DNA of 64,000 nt, from contig CM119372.1 in NCBI GenBank assembly GCA_051294905.1, positions 1,488,001 through 1,552,000 on the forward strand, read 5' to 3'. The translations under genes and the position numbers were made by a program. Source of the DNA: Botryllus schlosseri (lineage: Eukaryota). The notes under the pieces are model-generated. The model saw nothing but the letters and a program-made list of their open reading frames with translations, had not been told where the DNA came from and made no database searches. Of this stretch, positions 1-13,292 are shown in pieces (the first letter of the stretch is position 1; each line of letters starts with the position of its first letter).

Positions 1-1179
1 TAGTCAACACCATTTACATATTAATGACTTGAAATTGGCTCGTAAATTTTGTTCCGAGTCAGGAGTCAATCCACATTTCTGAAGCGTCGAGTCACGTAAA
101 GTCATTTTTTGCAAAGTGACTCGAGTCAAGTCAAGTCATGACTCGAGTCATCCCAACATTGATGTCGAGACACCAATTTCGAATCGTATGCTTACTTTAG
201 TTTAATGCGTTTATGCGTTTCAATATCTTTTGACTATATAGCGGACAAAATAACAATTTGTAACGAAATAGTTTGTACCAACGGGCACGCCGGAATATGT
301 TTAATTATTAATTACGTGGCCTTCATTTTCCAAGACAACAGCTCACTCAGCGCTACTGGTAATTCTGATTACGTGGACTGAGACGATAAAAAGTTTATAG
401 CGACATATATATGCAATTACCACCTATTTATTCATGCATTATTGAAAATTTTTGCGCCTATGGTGACCAGGCTACACACACTTTGCTGACCATAGAAATC
501 ACGCGACGGGGTTCTTGGGAGTTAAGCCCCAGAAGTTTGGTTTATCCCGCTATATGTGCGCAAGACAATCGTTTTTTAGGGTGGCTGACGAAATGCTGTT
601 ACGGCCCTCCCACTTACCCATTGTCTTTATTACAGTCCTTACCATATGTGGGGGGAAGGGGGGTTGGGGGGGCGCTAGAGCCCGATAATTTTTGAAAGGG
701 GGCGCTGGAGGAAAAAAGGTTAAGAACCGCTGATTTATAGGAATAGAAATTTAGGTGGCGGTCATTACCCCGCCACGACACACCGAAAGACGTATGCAAT
801 TTCGGCCAACATGCAACTCCACAAAGTGTGCTACCATAGAATGACCTTTGTGCCAAAACTTTGGGTATGTGTCCATTGTCAATAGCCGCGATCTGTGGAC
901 GTGACGAATAGTCCGGTCCTTCCAATCTGAGCCCCAACAATGCAAATGCCACCCGGGGCACTCACAGAGGAATAAAGACATGACAATTTGTGTGTGCGTC
1001 CCACGAAAGTTTTTCAATGAAGTAATTATAACAACATACTAGATGCTATAATTATGAATTACGTGCCCCCAGCTCTACCGGTAAATCTGAATGAATAGCA
1101 ACATGATGCAATTACCAATATTATTGACGAAATTCAGTCATCAACTTGAAAACTGACCACCCTATGGAGCCCCAATACC

Positions 1180-1734
1180 TAGGGTTGTAATGCCTCGAGT
1201 CGTGATTTTTTGGTGACTAGACTTGACTTGAGTCATTTTTTCTAATACGTAAATTGACTCAACTCGAGTCAATTTTTGTATTGACTCGACTTGTACTCGA
1301 GTCATTTTGCATGACTCGAACCAAGTCACATTACTCGAGACTAGAACAGCCAAGACAGACATTCCATGTAACTTCGAAAAATAGTAAAGTTACCACATTA
1401 TTTGTATTTCGTCTATCAGTCCTGATACTTAGAAATAGGGCCGTAAACTGTGAAAAATGATGAAAATTACTATATTATGAATACGAGCCATTATATATCA
1501 CTAGAGCAGAGATGAAACAAGCGGGTGGAACCGGATTGATCTGAAAACTGATCTGTGAACATAACGACTTGGACTAGTACTCGAGTCAAACACTATGACT
1601 AAGACTCGACCCTATACTAACTGATTTGGACTCGGACGTGACTTAATTGAAAATGACTCGACTTGACTCGAGTCAAAACTATCAAAGTGAGATTGACTTG
1701 TGACTCGGAACATTGTGATGTGGTTACAACCCTA
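1180..1734. mobile_element. hAT-type MITE with GACTCGAGTC-rich subterminal repeats
   Basis: TIR TAGGGTTGTAA...TTACAACCCTA. Perfect 8-bp TSD CCAATACC (1172-1179, 1735-1742). Related GAGTC-rich end at ~35-160. Confidence 0.85.
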
Positions 1735-2768
1735 CCAATACCAACGTTTGGAGTGGAGGACGAATTACTGTTTTGGTCCTGATTGTACCTACAACCCACG
1801 CTAACATTGTGTATAAGCGGATGGCTATATGGCGACATGTATAAATGTAGAGTCAATAATTGTGAAATAAAGGTTGTTGCCCGTTTCAAGTAGAGTCATA
1901 TGAGAATAAGATAAAGTGAACTTAAAATTCTACCTTCGACTTAATACAGATACTGCAAGCTGCCGTTACGAGAAACGGCAAATAACGACTCGGTTACGAT
2001 ATATATCAGCAGCTGTTGATTTAAATCATCGTAATGTATTTTATTCGACGAGTACAAAATTTCAAATCTTTGTCCGGTGTACGTACAAATACATACGTAT
2101 GCTACATACATGAGCCTACTGCTCGCCAAGCAGCAACGGTCAAACTGCGTCTAAGCATAACCAAACATCAATGCATAAGTTACTATTTGAAACTAGGCAG
2201 ACTGGTGATTATTATCTTGCTGCGAGGTAGTGGCGTCTGGAGTGTATTGATAACCTGATATACAACATGGCTTACGCTGTTCCAACAATCACACAGCAAT
2301 GTACATCGAATATATATTTACTACGTGTGGATACTTCTTACGCAAGGACGAGCAAAGCTAATACTTCTGACGTAATAATGAGCAGTGGCGTTGGAAAATC
2401 AACCGTTCGCGGTATCAATAACCTGGTATATTATCTCCTCCTTGTTCACGAATGTTCGGTTATGTCATATTCATTGCACAAATAAGAAGTAATCGTTCAT
2501 TCACAAAGAAATCGATTAGATATGTGAAGTAGTCGATTACGATTACGATTACTTTGGATTTTTTTCGAATGTAATCGATTGCGATTACGATTACTTGAGA
2601 ATGCTGTAATCGTCGTAATCGATTACGATTACTAATCGCGATTACCCCATGTCTGGTATGTACCGAAAATTATATTGCGTGTTGTTCATAAAACCTCGTT
2701 TTTACCTCTGGATGGCCAATGATGGCGTCACAAACGCATCTAGCACGACAAGTTTGACGTGATATAAC

Positions 2769-3354
2769 CATAGTGTCCTATATGGTGTCGACACAAGCAA
2801 ATCTCACGCCTCTGTGAAATTGATTCACGTCACAATTTCCATTTGGCTACAGGCAGTTTGACGGTCATTTTTGACCGGCTTACCGAGCATTAAATTTGGT
2901 AAAACGGGTATCAATCGAAAGCTGACTCTGCACTGATTACGAAAATATAAACTTTATTCCGCTCGTGGCCCTGGAACTCCCACAACCAGCCTCGAGTTTT
3001 TCATTGTTATGGAGATTGGCATTGGGACGCAACAATGCTGTCTGGCTCTTTTGCTCTTAAGCTACTCTCTCGGTTCGCCAGACAGCATTGTTGCGTCCCA
3101 ATGCAAATCTCCATAACAATGAAACATTCGCGGCTGGTTGTGGGAGTTCCAGGGCCACGAGCGGAATAAAGTTTATATTTTCGTAATCAGTGCAGAGTCA
3201 GCTTTCGATTGATACCCGTTTTACCAAATTTAATGCTCGGCAAGCCGGTCAAAAATGACCGTCAAATTGCCTGTTGCCAAAGGGAAATTGTGACGTGCAT
3301 CAATTTCACTGAGGCGTGAGATTTGCTTGTGTCGACACCATATAGAACACTATG
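2769..3354. mobile_element. Foldback MITE (~278-bp arms, 30-bp spacer), probably P-element superfamily
   Basis: 2769-3046 is a near-perfect reverse complement of 3077-3354. Termini CATAGTG...CACTATG, flanked by the direct repeat ATATAAC. Confidence 0.85.
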
Positions 3355-5481
3355 ATATAACGCTTTCGCGAAGATACTGGTATCGGTTCACAATACGTTT
3401 TATGTTACAGTTATAGGCGATTGTCTTGCGTACTGGTGTGGCTGTGTGTCTTGTGTAGTCAAACCAGCAAATAGCTGCTCTGTGATGACAAAAGTGCTGG
3501 GTAGTGGGGAACAGGACCGTAGCTGCCGCACCCCAAATCCCCCGCGAATTAATCTTGCCGAATATCTGATTATCGGGTACCCTTCCCCCACGAAAATACG
3601 TAGAATTTATAGAAATGGAGACTTCGGCGTCGGCCATTACTGCGCCACGACGCACCAAGGCATATGAAGTTACAGGCCATGTAACATGCAACTCCGAGAA
3701 GTGTGCCAGAACGATCAGCAGCGAGAAGACCTTGGCCGAGAAGGAATGCCCTTGTGGTGACCCAAAACTTCGATATATATACGACATAGGCCTACATATA
3801 TGTTTAATTGGCTAAATGGCTGGCGCCGAATGTTCCTGTCCTGGCGATCTGAACCCCACAGGACAAATGCCATCCCGCAGGGAAAAATTATTTGCCAGTA
3901 AAGCAATACCAATTTGAAATCGTGAGTGCCTTTTAGTTTTGGCGATTTTCATATCTTTTGACATAGCAGATATAGGAGTTAGGAGGTCACGAAATAGCAT
4001 AATGTAACGAAGTCAATCTACCAACGGGTCCGCCCCAAGATGTTCAATTCCTTTTTCAACACACCTCACTCAGCTCTACGGACAAATCTGATTACGTGAG
4101 CAGAGAGAGGATAAAAAATCGATAGCAAAATATATGCAATTCCCTATCATATTGGCCGATTCAAACACGTATCACATAAATTTTCCGCGCTTCGCGCGTT
4201 TAGTCGAGATGAGGCGGCGCACTAAACAGTAGACCCAATGTTGCTGATTAGTTGCAGGGAAAAAGCGTACAGGCTCAGCGGGGCTGAGGGGGTTCTGGGG
4301 GCACAAGACCAACGATTTTTGGGCGGGGCCGACAAAGTGCTGTTACGGTCCTGGTGGGGAATGAAGGCTCAGAATAAATCTGAAGTGGGAAATGAAGACA
4401 AAAAGATTGGTAACCACTGTTTAGTCTTTCTCAGCGTACCTGATCAGTGATCAGGTATTCCGTGTCTTCCGTGTCCGTGACTTAAATTTCCTCAATTCAA
4501 ATTGCATTGTGACGGCCGCCAACTCACGCTAATTTAATTATGCGTATACAGCCTCATAATTTTAGGTCTACGGCCGCAGGTTGGCGACCCCCGGTAATGA
4601 TGTTCTTTGTAAATGCGAACATCCGTGATCACATGCGTAGGCGGAGTCAAAAATGGTCATTACAGCAGTACATAATGTAATTGTGAATGTCACTTTCACG
4701 GCTGACTTGTTATACAGGCGTCACCATGTCTGCTATTCAGTTTTACCAATCAACGTATCGTGCAATTCAAGATTATTTCGAGGCGGGAACATGGAATTCG
4801 CGAGTGATATTTGCCGCCGGCACAACAGCAACTTAAATGTAGGGGATTTTGAAAATGGGGATCCGATCCCTTAACCCTCAATACGTCACTGTCTTGGCCT
4901 GTCAAAGACATATTTAATTGTTTATACTGGCACGAGAGTAATAATCATTCTGGCCGTGATGACAATTTACTAACAAGTCACTGCAAAATCAAAATTTGGC
5001 AAAGAGCCATATCTTATACCCAAAAGAGCAATATGGCTCGCGAGCCACAGGTTCCCGACCACTGGCCTATGGGTTCTGGCCATGACCTGGTTATTACAAT
5101 TTCAGAGCCCACTTGAACACCTAGAAGTAATTCTAGTAATCTGATGAGACTAATTCGAATGAAATGCCAGTAATATAATTCCAATCTATTTTATCAAATG
5201 CATCAATGATTTCATTTTGATTCTAATCGATTTTTTTTTCTTTTCCCTAAAATGCTACAGGAGAACTACATAGTGATAAACCGGCCAAGCGTGATGTAGT
5301 GTACACCGTACATACATTTGCCATTCTAATACTTAATACAATGAACTGAACTTGGTTTTTGTTGTAACTCTTTTGAATTAGGAATTTAATTCAATTTCCA
5401 TGCTTTGGCGAATTCAGCAATTCTAATTCTAATTTAATCTGGAAAATACAAATTCTTTTTAGCTGTGTGATTCTATTTCAG

Positions 5482-8400
5482 AGGCGACACAAATGCGACC
5501 ATTGAAAGAAGTTTGGGCGCTTTTCATACTCATTGTCATGTATATGTTCTGCAGCGTAGCAAGCCGTGGGGTTTTTCAAACCTACATTTACTCTACAGCA
5601 GTGTGCTCAGCGTTAAAGATGAATGTGAGTTCCAGGCTACATGTCAAATATCCGTTACATTACATGATAATGTATGCTTGATAGCAAAGTATGTTCGTCG
5701 GTCAGAGGCGCTTTAACTTTTTGGACCGTGACCCAAATCTGAGGCGGTATCGCATCTCCGTCGTCAAAGCATCTCGATGGTGCAGGAGAAAACTAATACC
5801 CCTTCTCTCTCCTCCTCGTCATCTCGTCCGTGTAAGCCAGTGGTTCTCAACCTTCTGGTCTTTGCGGACCCCTTTTGGATCGTCACGGACCCCCTCTACT
5901 TTTAGTTCAGATTTAGCTCACTTATGCAAATGTCATATTTCTTGTACAAATATCAACTGTAGGCCAGTGATAAACACGGTTTTTGATCTTGCTTGAACAA
6001 TAACTCATACGACGAGGTTGCAATATGAAATCAGTATATGATCAGCTGAACAACTTAAGACAGACGACACGATCCAGAGTGCAGTTAAACCGACGACGAT
6101 AGAGAACATAGAACACAAGGGTATAAACTACAAGCACGACACACGAGGAATTCATGTTTGGCGGTAATTACTAATCCACAAAGATAGGTGGAGCAAATGT
6201 CATAATAACAAATAACACTTCCGACGACACCTTGAGTATGATCGACAAAAAATAGGGCAATAAAATTCATGAAGATATTTTTTAATGAACATATAACGTC
6301 CAGCCACGTCATTTTTATCTATCAGCTTGCTTATCTTGAAGTTCTTATGGATTGATCGGTATTTATATCACAAGAGAAAATGGCATTTTGCAAACATTTC
6401 GAAGTCACCGTGATTGACCTTACTACTCCGATTACACAATCCCCAATGAAACATTTTGGTTTGGGCCAACCAGCGATGCTCCATTTTGATCAATATTTTC
6501 TCGCAGCCGATATTTTCCGAACCATACTCTGCGCAGCCGTATGTTGGCCAACTCGTCATGTCTTTATGTGCCCGGAGCGGAAATGGTGCGCCTCGAAATG
6601 CCTGTGTATCATATTGCTGTACCCGTTCATTGCACACCCCTGCGCTAAAACATACAAATGGTCTTCGACGTTGTTTCCCTGATAAACTAGTGTCGGAAAA
6701 ATCTTCAAACCAAACCAATTTTTGTTCAAGCCATATTATAGTAACGGCCTCTCTTATTGGCTATAGTACTCGGCACAGTGATATCGGATATGCAATAACG
6801 ATTTACAGGAAATCGCGCGAATACTTTTTGTTGTTGCAAGTAATGCAATAAATACTACATACATATTAAAAGATCTCTCTGGCGCCGTCGCGAGCCAAGA
6901 TTATACGCTTCGCGGCCCACACGATTGTGGTATCCAGTGGATGTTCAATATCATTTGTTCTGTAATTTTGTCAAAAATCCACAGAAATTACACACCGGCG
7001 ATTAAGTCGTGGGTCATTATCATTTCAACGTGGTTCTCTTAAATGAAGTTGTCAAAATTTCGAGCAAATCATAGTAATCAAATGTTACAGAAATTATTAG
7101 TGACTTTCACTCTATTGAAACCTCATCTGACGACGGAAACAATTATAATAAGCGTCACTATCCTGGAGCACGATGCTAGGTCATGCGAACAGAAATAATG
7201 TGCCACCGTAAATGCTATTATTTTATGGGTGCAGGTAGAAATTACAAATTGGAAACGAGAATTGATTTGCGGCCACCTAGTTATGTACAAACACTACGCC
7301 AGTGAAACTTCGAAGTGAAATAAAACTCTTTTTGAACAGTACACCCCTCACGTCCCGGTTATATTTCCAGGTGCGAAAAGCCTCGTATCTGAACTCGCTA
7401 TACTGGGGCGGGAATATAGTCGGCGGTGTTTCGGGTGTACTCATGTCGCGTTATTTCAAGCCACATTTGATGATTCTGTTGGATTTGGCTGGGATAAGTG
7501 CATCGGCGGTAAGAAGGCTTGAATTCTCATGCACAAATGATAGATTGAAACTTTTACCGTGACAAGATATATCGAAATATATTTCAAAGATAAGGGTGTA
7601 TAACTGTATATAGACCACCCCTAACGCAAAACGATATTGAAAATTCGGTTTATTGACCGTCGATTTAATCGATTACCCCTGACGAGTGTCAGCCGAAAAT
7701 ATTCGCGTTCATTTCAATATAAATATACTATTCAATTGTATATTGAGGTTCTGTACCTCCAAGAAGCTGTTTAAATCGTTTGTGTTAACAGTTGGTCTTA
7801 TGTTGGTCATCTCGGCGATTTTTGTGACATCATGTGACATTATATGGGTGGATATCACATCCACGTTTAACGGTGGATTTTCACGGTCGAAATGAGGTGG
7901 AATTGCGTTGTACACGGTGGAAACATCCCTTCAACCTCATATCCACCCCAATATCCACCCTTAGTTTTCACAGTGTGATTCATTTAGTGACGCATAAACG
8001 CACACCACCAAGAAAACTAAGAACTAAAGTATAACCTACAGTCACTATAATATAACGTAATAAGCAAGTAGTTGGAAATTAGGGCAGAATGCGACCGCGG
8101 GCCGCATTACCATGTCGCTGTAAGACCAGAAACTGTTGGTGGGCCGCATGTTGCCCGCCCCTGCTTCAGCCCAACATCGATGTTATGATGTTATAAATTT
8201 TGAAACAACACTTTTTCAAGACATAACTAGCTCATTTATGATTTTAGATAATTATGAGTATTTGGGGAGAAGAGAACGAAGTGGTGATGTGGATATTCAC
8301 ATTTGTGCATGGCTTCTCTGTGGCCACTCTACGACCCAGCGGTAACGTTTTCTATTACATTGATACTATGTTGCTGCACTCGGTTTGTGCATTAACATAG

Positions 8401-8737
8401 CACCGCGATAGTGGGTTCATAATTGTCACGTTTTAGGCACGACCTGGTCCAATCAAGTGACTAACATGACAGGGAAGTATATGTTTATATTCACGGCTGG
8501 GTTGGCGCTTGGATCGTCTGTGATGATTCAAGTTGCTGGGGCTTTGTTTCAGAGAAATCCATTTTCAATGGTGAGATATTGAGTGTGTCTGCACATACAA
8601 AAGTTTGACGAGTCTTTACATCAATATTCAAGCTTTTCTCCTTGAAACAGGTGTACGTGGTAGCCGGAGTATCATTGTTCCACATTCTAGTTTTTACATT
8701 GATGGCCGCCTACCGAAAATACTTGTTGGAAAAATAG
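5482..8737 (+). CDS. MFSD4: MFSD4/NaGLT1-like MFS transporter, copy A (C-terminal 5 exons; upstream exons not found in window)
   Basis: Exons 5482-5624, 7371-7508, 8248-8341, 8437-8570 and 8651-8737 all have AG/GT boundaries and consistent phases. Spliced product: ATQMRPLKEVWALFILIVMYMFCSVASRGVFQTYIYSTAVCSALKMN|VRKASYLNSLYWGGNIVGG...ASA|IIMSIWGEENE...RPSG|TTWSNQVTNMTGKY...PFSM|VYVVAG...YLLEK*. About six hydrophobic helices, paralogous exon-for-exon to copy C. Confidence 0.85.
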
Positions 8738-9602
8738 AAATCTCCCACAGAACGCAGAAAAATATACACCCGAACAAGAGCTGTGTGGATCAGGAGTGTC
8801 AAACTCAAGTTGCCGGATTCAAACCGTCAGATGGCTCGCGGGCCAAGCCAGGCAAATTAAATTATTCGAAATTGTTACGTCAAAATTTCCATGCCTCCGT
8901 TTTTCACTTGAATACATTATTATAAAGTCTGTGTACGTGATAGTATATTTACTACATCATGTTACGGATTGGAGGGGTATATTGTTCACACCTTTATTCG
9001 CAAACAATCGAATTGGCAAAAGCACGATGACTGATTTGTGTGTTTTTGATATTCCAGGTGCTTCGACTGTATTGGGCATGTTGCAAAATGAGGCTGCACA
9101 AGTGCACAGTGCACAGTGTACACAGCCGGCTAAAATCAGCGTATAATTGGGAGTCCTATAGCTGGCGACCCGAGAGCACAAATCTAATCAACTGGTCTCA
9201 ATAGAAAGCTATTGTCGCAGTAATTCCGAAAACACAAATTAAAATTTGAGAATGGCTCTGGAACCACTTCGAAATATCCGTCAAGACCGATTATTCCGAA
9301 CAATCGGAGCGCCGCAACACAATGACCAATTGGCCATGATAATGGAAATTGTATCGAGCGATTATTCGGAACAATGCCGATTTTCAGTGTTTTCAGACTT
9401 CGGGGTGGGTGGTTCTGTTGACCCTAAGCTATAAAATTGTATTTCCGTAATCAGGGTGGCAACAATATAGCTTTCGATTAAAATCAGTATTGTTAAATTG
9501 GAGTTAGCTGCGTAAATTGACCGATTTAAGAGGCTGGTGCGGAGCAGTTTGATCGTAATGCAACTTACTTGATTCGGCACCATATTTATGCTCGACTGCT
9601 CG

Positions 9603-9832
9603 TGTCTGAAACTTTGTCTGACCATTGGTGTTTCAATTGCGAGCTGTGAGAGGAGCTTCTCAGAGCTCAAAATGATTAAGTCTTATTAACGTTCTACCTA
9701 CCATAAATAATGATCGGCTATCAGCTCCATCCATTCTTTCTATATAAAAAAAGGGACTACGTTCAAAAACTTGATTTTGAGGATATTGTCGCTGATTTCG
9801 CTTCGGCGAAAGTCCGAAAAGTTCAGTTTTGA
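9603..9832 (+). pseudogene. hAT transposase dimerisation-domain remnant (ZMYM1/Tip100-like)
   Basis: Translation with stops and frameshifts: CLKLCLTIGVSIASCERSFSELKMIKSY*RST..NDRLS..SILSI...KLDFEDIVADFASAKVRKVQF*. Confidence 0.8.
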
Positions 9833-12040
9833 GGCGGCTATTGATTTTTTTATTTGCCTAATACAAGGGGCCAACCTTTTCGGCGAAAGGGCCACATGAC
9901 ATTTGCGAATCATTGCGCGGGCCAATTGGATCTTGAATGTTTATGACCTTTCTTTAGTCTTCCGATAGGAACTCATTTGGCAAAGACAGGATTATTCGGC
10001 GCTTACAACGGCTTCATCGCCTACCATCTTTCTGCAAGTGCAGATGCGAAGTCGGATGTTGGACGACATGTTCTCTCATAATCGAGAGTATTGTCAGACT
10101 CAATTCGGTAAATTTTCAGGAGGGGTACTAAATACAAGATCTTGAGTGACAATAAATCGCGCTAAGTGCTGAGAAAAATATCTAGTCAAATAAATCTACC
10201 ACGAAATATTCTATTTTAAGGTCATATAGGAAGATATACGAAAAATGCGGCTGGCCCCTGGCTATGCCAATGCGTCGTAACTGATGCGTGAGTCAGCAAC
10301 AACCCAAATTTCGCGGTCAAGCTAATCAAATTTTTGGTTGACCTTGCAAATTCACAATAAATTACATACTTTGTTGCGCCGATAGCAGACGATATATGTA
10401 AACGTGATAAATTACATGGAATATTTATTATTTTATATGACAGCTAATTATCTCGCGAGCCACTTAACCCTTTGCGACCGGCGGTCCATTATACTGGACC
10501 GCGATTGTTTAACACGGAGGAGTCGTTATTTATTCTAAGATAGCTCGACCTGCATTACTTTTTAAACTGTAACAATCGATTTATATGGATAGTTATTATG
10601 AATACGCATACATAAGACCATGAACAACCTATTATATCAATGTATATCCTTCTTGAAATGCAGATTGAACACGCAAAAACGTTTCCCGCAAAATTGAATT
10701 TGTAATTCTGTTCGCGTGAATGAACGCCTGGAATATAAACTATTGTATCTTCCGTTCTTGACGTCATATAACCAATTACAGTTACACTTGCCAATTCTTC
10801 ATCTGCTGCAACTCTGTAATCTGACTTCTCCTTGTATAGCATAGGAATAAAAATTGGAATGTATTACTGAAATTTTAAAAATTTACTCCAATCTCGCCAT
10901 TTTCCTTTGGGGACAGGTTGCTCCCCGGATTATGTGTGTCTTTACCAGTTTTACTGTGAATGAAGAATATAATAATAATAATTGATAAAACAACGTCAAT
11001 GAGCCTGCAATAAGCTCACAGGAAAGTCGGTAAGATTTGAATAAATGCGTTTGAAAGTAGCTGCCCGTAGAGTGGGCGTGGCCAGCGACCATAGAACGGC
11101 GAGAAGACTAATAACCACGAAATCACGGCTCTGATGATTGGTTAATCAGCTTCGGCTCGCGGGCAAATTCCCTAGATTTTGATGGCGCCGCGGGCCGCAG
11201 CACCAATAATAGTGTTATTTAATGTATTTCCAAGTAGGCCTTATTTGACGAAACCTTGCAGACTGGCATTGACTATTTTGAATTTATGCCTGGCACGAGT
11301 AAAATCACATGTATTTAAATAAAATTGTTGTTGTACTTTTTCAAAAGAATTAGTTATAGACACCATGCTTGAATACAAATCCATCATGAATTTGTAAAAG
11401 CTATCGCGGTATACTTTTGGAGAAAGAGGTCATTTGACGTGCCACAATTATTGGAAGAATATTTTAGAAGTTAACAAAGATTGATCTGATACCAATACCA
11501 CAGCATTGGAGTAGTGTAACCCTAATCCGGGTTTCCAGTATACTCCTGATAACTAGGCTGTTGATCAAGTCATTACCAAAATCAAATTATATCTGCGTTA
11601 GATATGCCTTCGAATATTGGAACAGAACAATAACAACTTGAATATAATTATTAATGTGCCATAGTAATGGAAATGTCTAATTGCCGAAGAATTCATTGGT
11701 GTTACAATTGTTGAGCGCGCCGCTACTTTACTTGCCACTTTTAATTGGCGATAATAACATGGGTAAATATACCCAAGATGACGTAGGATGTAACTAACTA
11801 TACATCAAGAGGGCAACAGAATGCAAATAGTTGCCATCATACCGACCTGCTCAGATAGCTATAACTAAACACGCTACGCAGCGACCTTTTGATATATTAC
11901 TGTTTTTCGTAACAGTTTGATAGTTTGTTGCGTACAAGGTTGTACCAAGTCACGACATTCCGCGTCACAACCTCACAAGCCCTTCTCTGATTGTAACTTT
12001 AAACTCAAGTCATTTCTGTTTTATAACCAATTCAGTCCGG

Positions 12041-12327
12041 GTTGATGTTGTTGATTGCGGTATTTATGGTGTTTGTCGACTCTTATATGGTCATTTACAC
12101 CAGACCAATTTTCTTCCTTTTTATTCCGTAGCTGTCGTCTTGTAGCACGGCCCACTTATAGGCTTTTATAAGACACCGCTTACACGGATGATATGGCGAG
12201 GAGGAGCCTTGATAAACCCCCAACACTTGGGTAGGAATTCTGGAATCGACCTTGGTCCCACTCGAACCCGCAACCCATTGGTGTTGCAGTTGTGGATTAA
12301 ACCACTACGCTATCTCGCCACTTTCAG
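12041..12327 (-). mobile_element. tRNA-derived SINE
   Basis: Reverse-complement homolog of 34953-35239. A-box/B-box head (GGCGAGATAGCGTAGTGG...GGGTTCGAGT) and CAA-type tail. Confidence 0.75.
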
Positions 12328-13292
12328 TCCGAGTTCAAGTAATTCTGCAAAAGGTCGCGTCCAAGTCTAAATCACAATTTTCAGTCGCGAATCATGAACA
12401 GTAGGTCATGTTTTACCATCATAAACAGGTAACGTGACGTAATAGCCGAACTTCCACTACATGGTAACTTTTGAAAGTGATGTGATAGTGAAGTTTGATG
12501 AGTAATTTCAGGTTTTTGGAGTAGGTTTCGTTAGAGCAAATTACGTGTTCTCAAATCTTTAAAAAGATATGTGGCAGTTAGATATCGTCAAATACTTCAA
12601 AATCCAAAATGCCGACGCGGGCCGCACAAAATGATCTCGCGGGCCGCATGCAGCCCGCGGGCTACGTGTTTGAGACCACAGGTTTCTAGTTTATCCTGCG
12701 TATCATTTATTAACTGCTTTTGGTTTTCAACGCTATTTGCGAACATTGGTATTTCGTGGTGTTGAAGATTAGCATGGTATGAGACATCACGCTCATATTT
12801 ACTGAAATCATCTTATGCATATTTCTTCTGTTTCGCGCGACGCGGTACTGTCAATTACAAATCGTTGGTGACAGTTTCCGTTATCAATTGCGACATAAAA
12901 CTTAATATATTTGCCAGATATAGACAGCGTGAATTGTAGTTTAAATTCCCCATTAGCGAAATGGTATATTTTGAGGCATGTATATATTGATACAGAAAGC
13001 ACATGATACGCTCAGCTATAGCAACCGATTCGCGTGCTAACTCTGAAACGTTCCTTTCGCCAATCTATGACCATATGAAAAACCAAATAGCTCTCACCAA
13101 TCACGTTTTATTGTCAACCAACGTAAAGGGAGCATGCAGTGTGGTCGTTAAAATATCGTAATTTTCGTCGTGAATGTAGATTGTAGATTGTAGATGTGTC
13201 GTGACTAGCAACACAATTCCTTTCCGAAATAGTGAGACAATCACACACTGAACAAATTCTAGATTACGATTCCGCCACACTGCCCGGGCGTC

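Noticed and set aside
1..1734. GACTCGAGTC-rich (also GATTAC- and AAGTAG-rich elsewhere) short repeat arrays resembling CRISPR or iterons
   Set aside because: Irregular spacing, no constant repeat-spacer period, and located inside TIR/TSD-bounded MITEs; these are subterminal repeats.
5142..5165. CTGATGA...GAAA hammerhead-like string (also CTGACGA at ~7128 and ~7679)
   Set aside because: No convincing stem II or stem I pairing, and the core is not conserved at the paralogous positions.
5261..5310. Possible micro-exon after a conserved CTACAG (also ~43403)
   Set aside because: No conserved donor across paralogs, and flanking exons of copy C already join in frame without it.
10464..10505. TTAACCC piggyBac-like terminus
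   Set aside because: No matching opposite end with TTAA could be paired confidently.
11340..11780. Possible highly degraded LINE ORF2 C-terminus on the minus strand
   Set aside because: Only a faint motif resemblance, with many stops; not supportable by eye.
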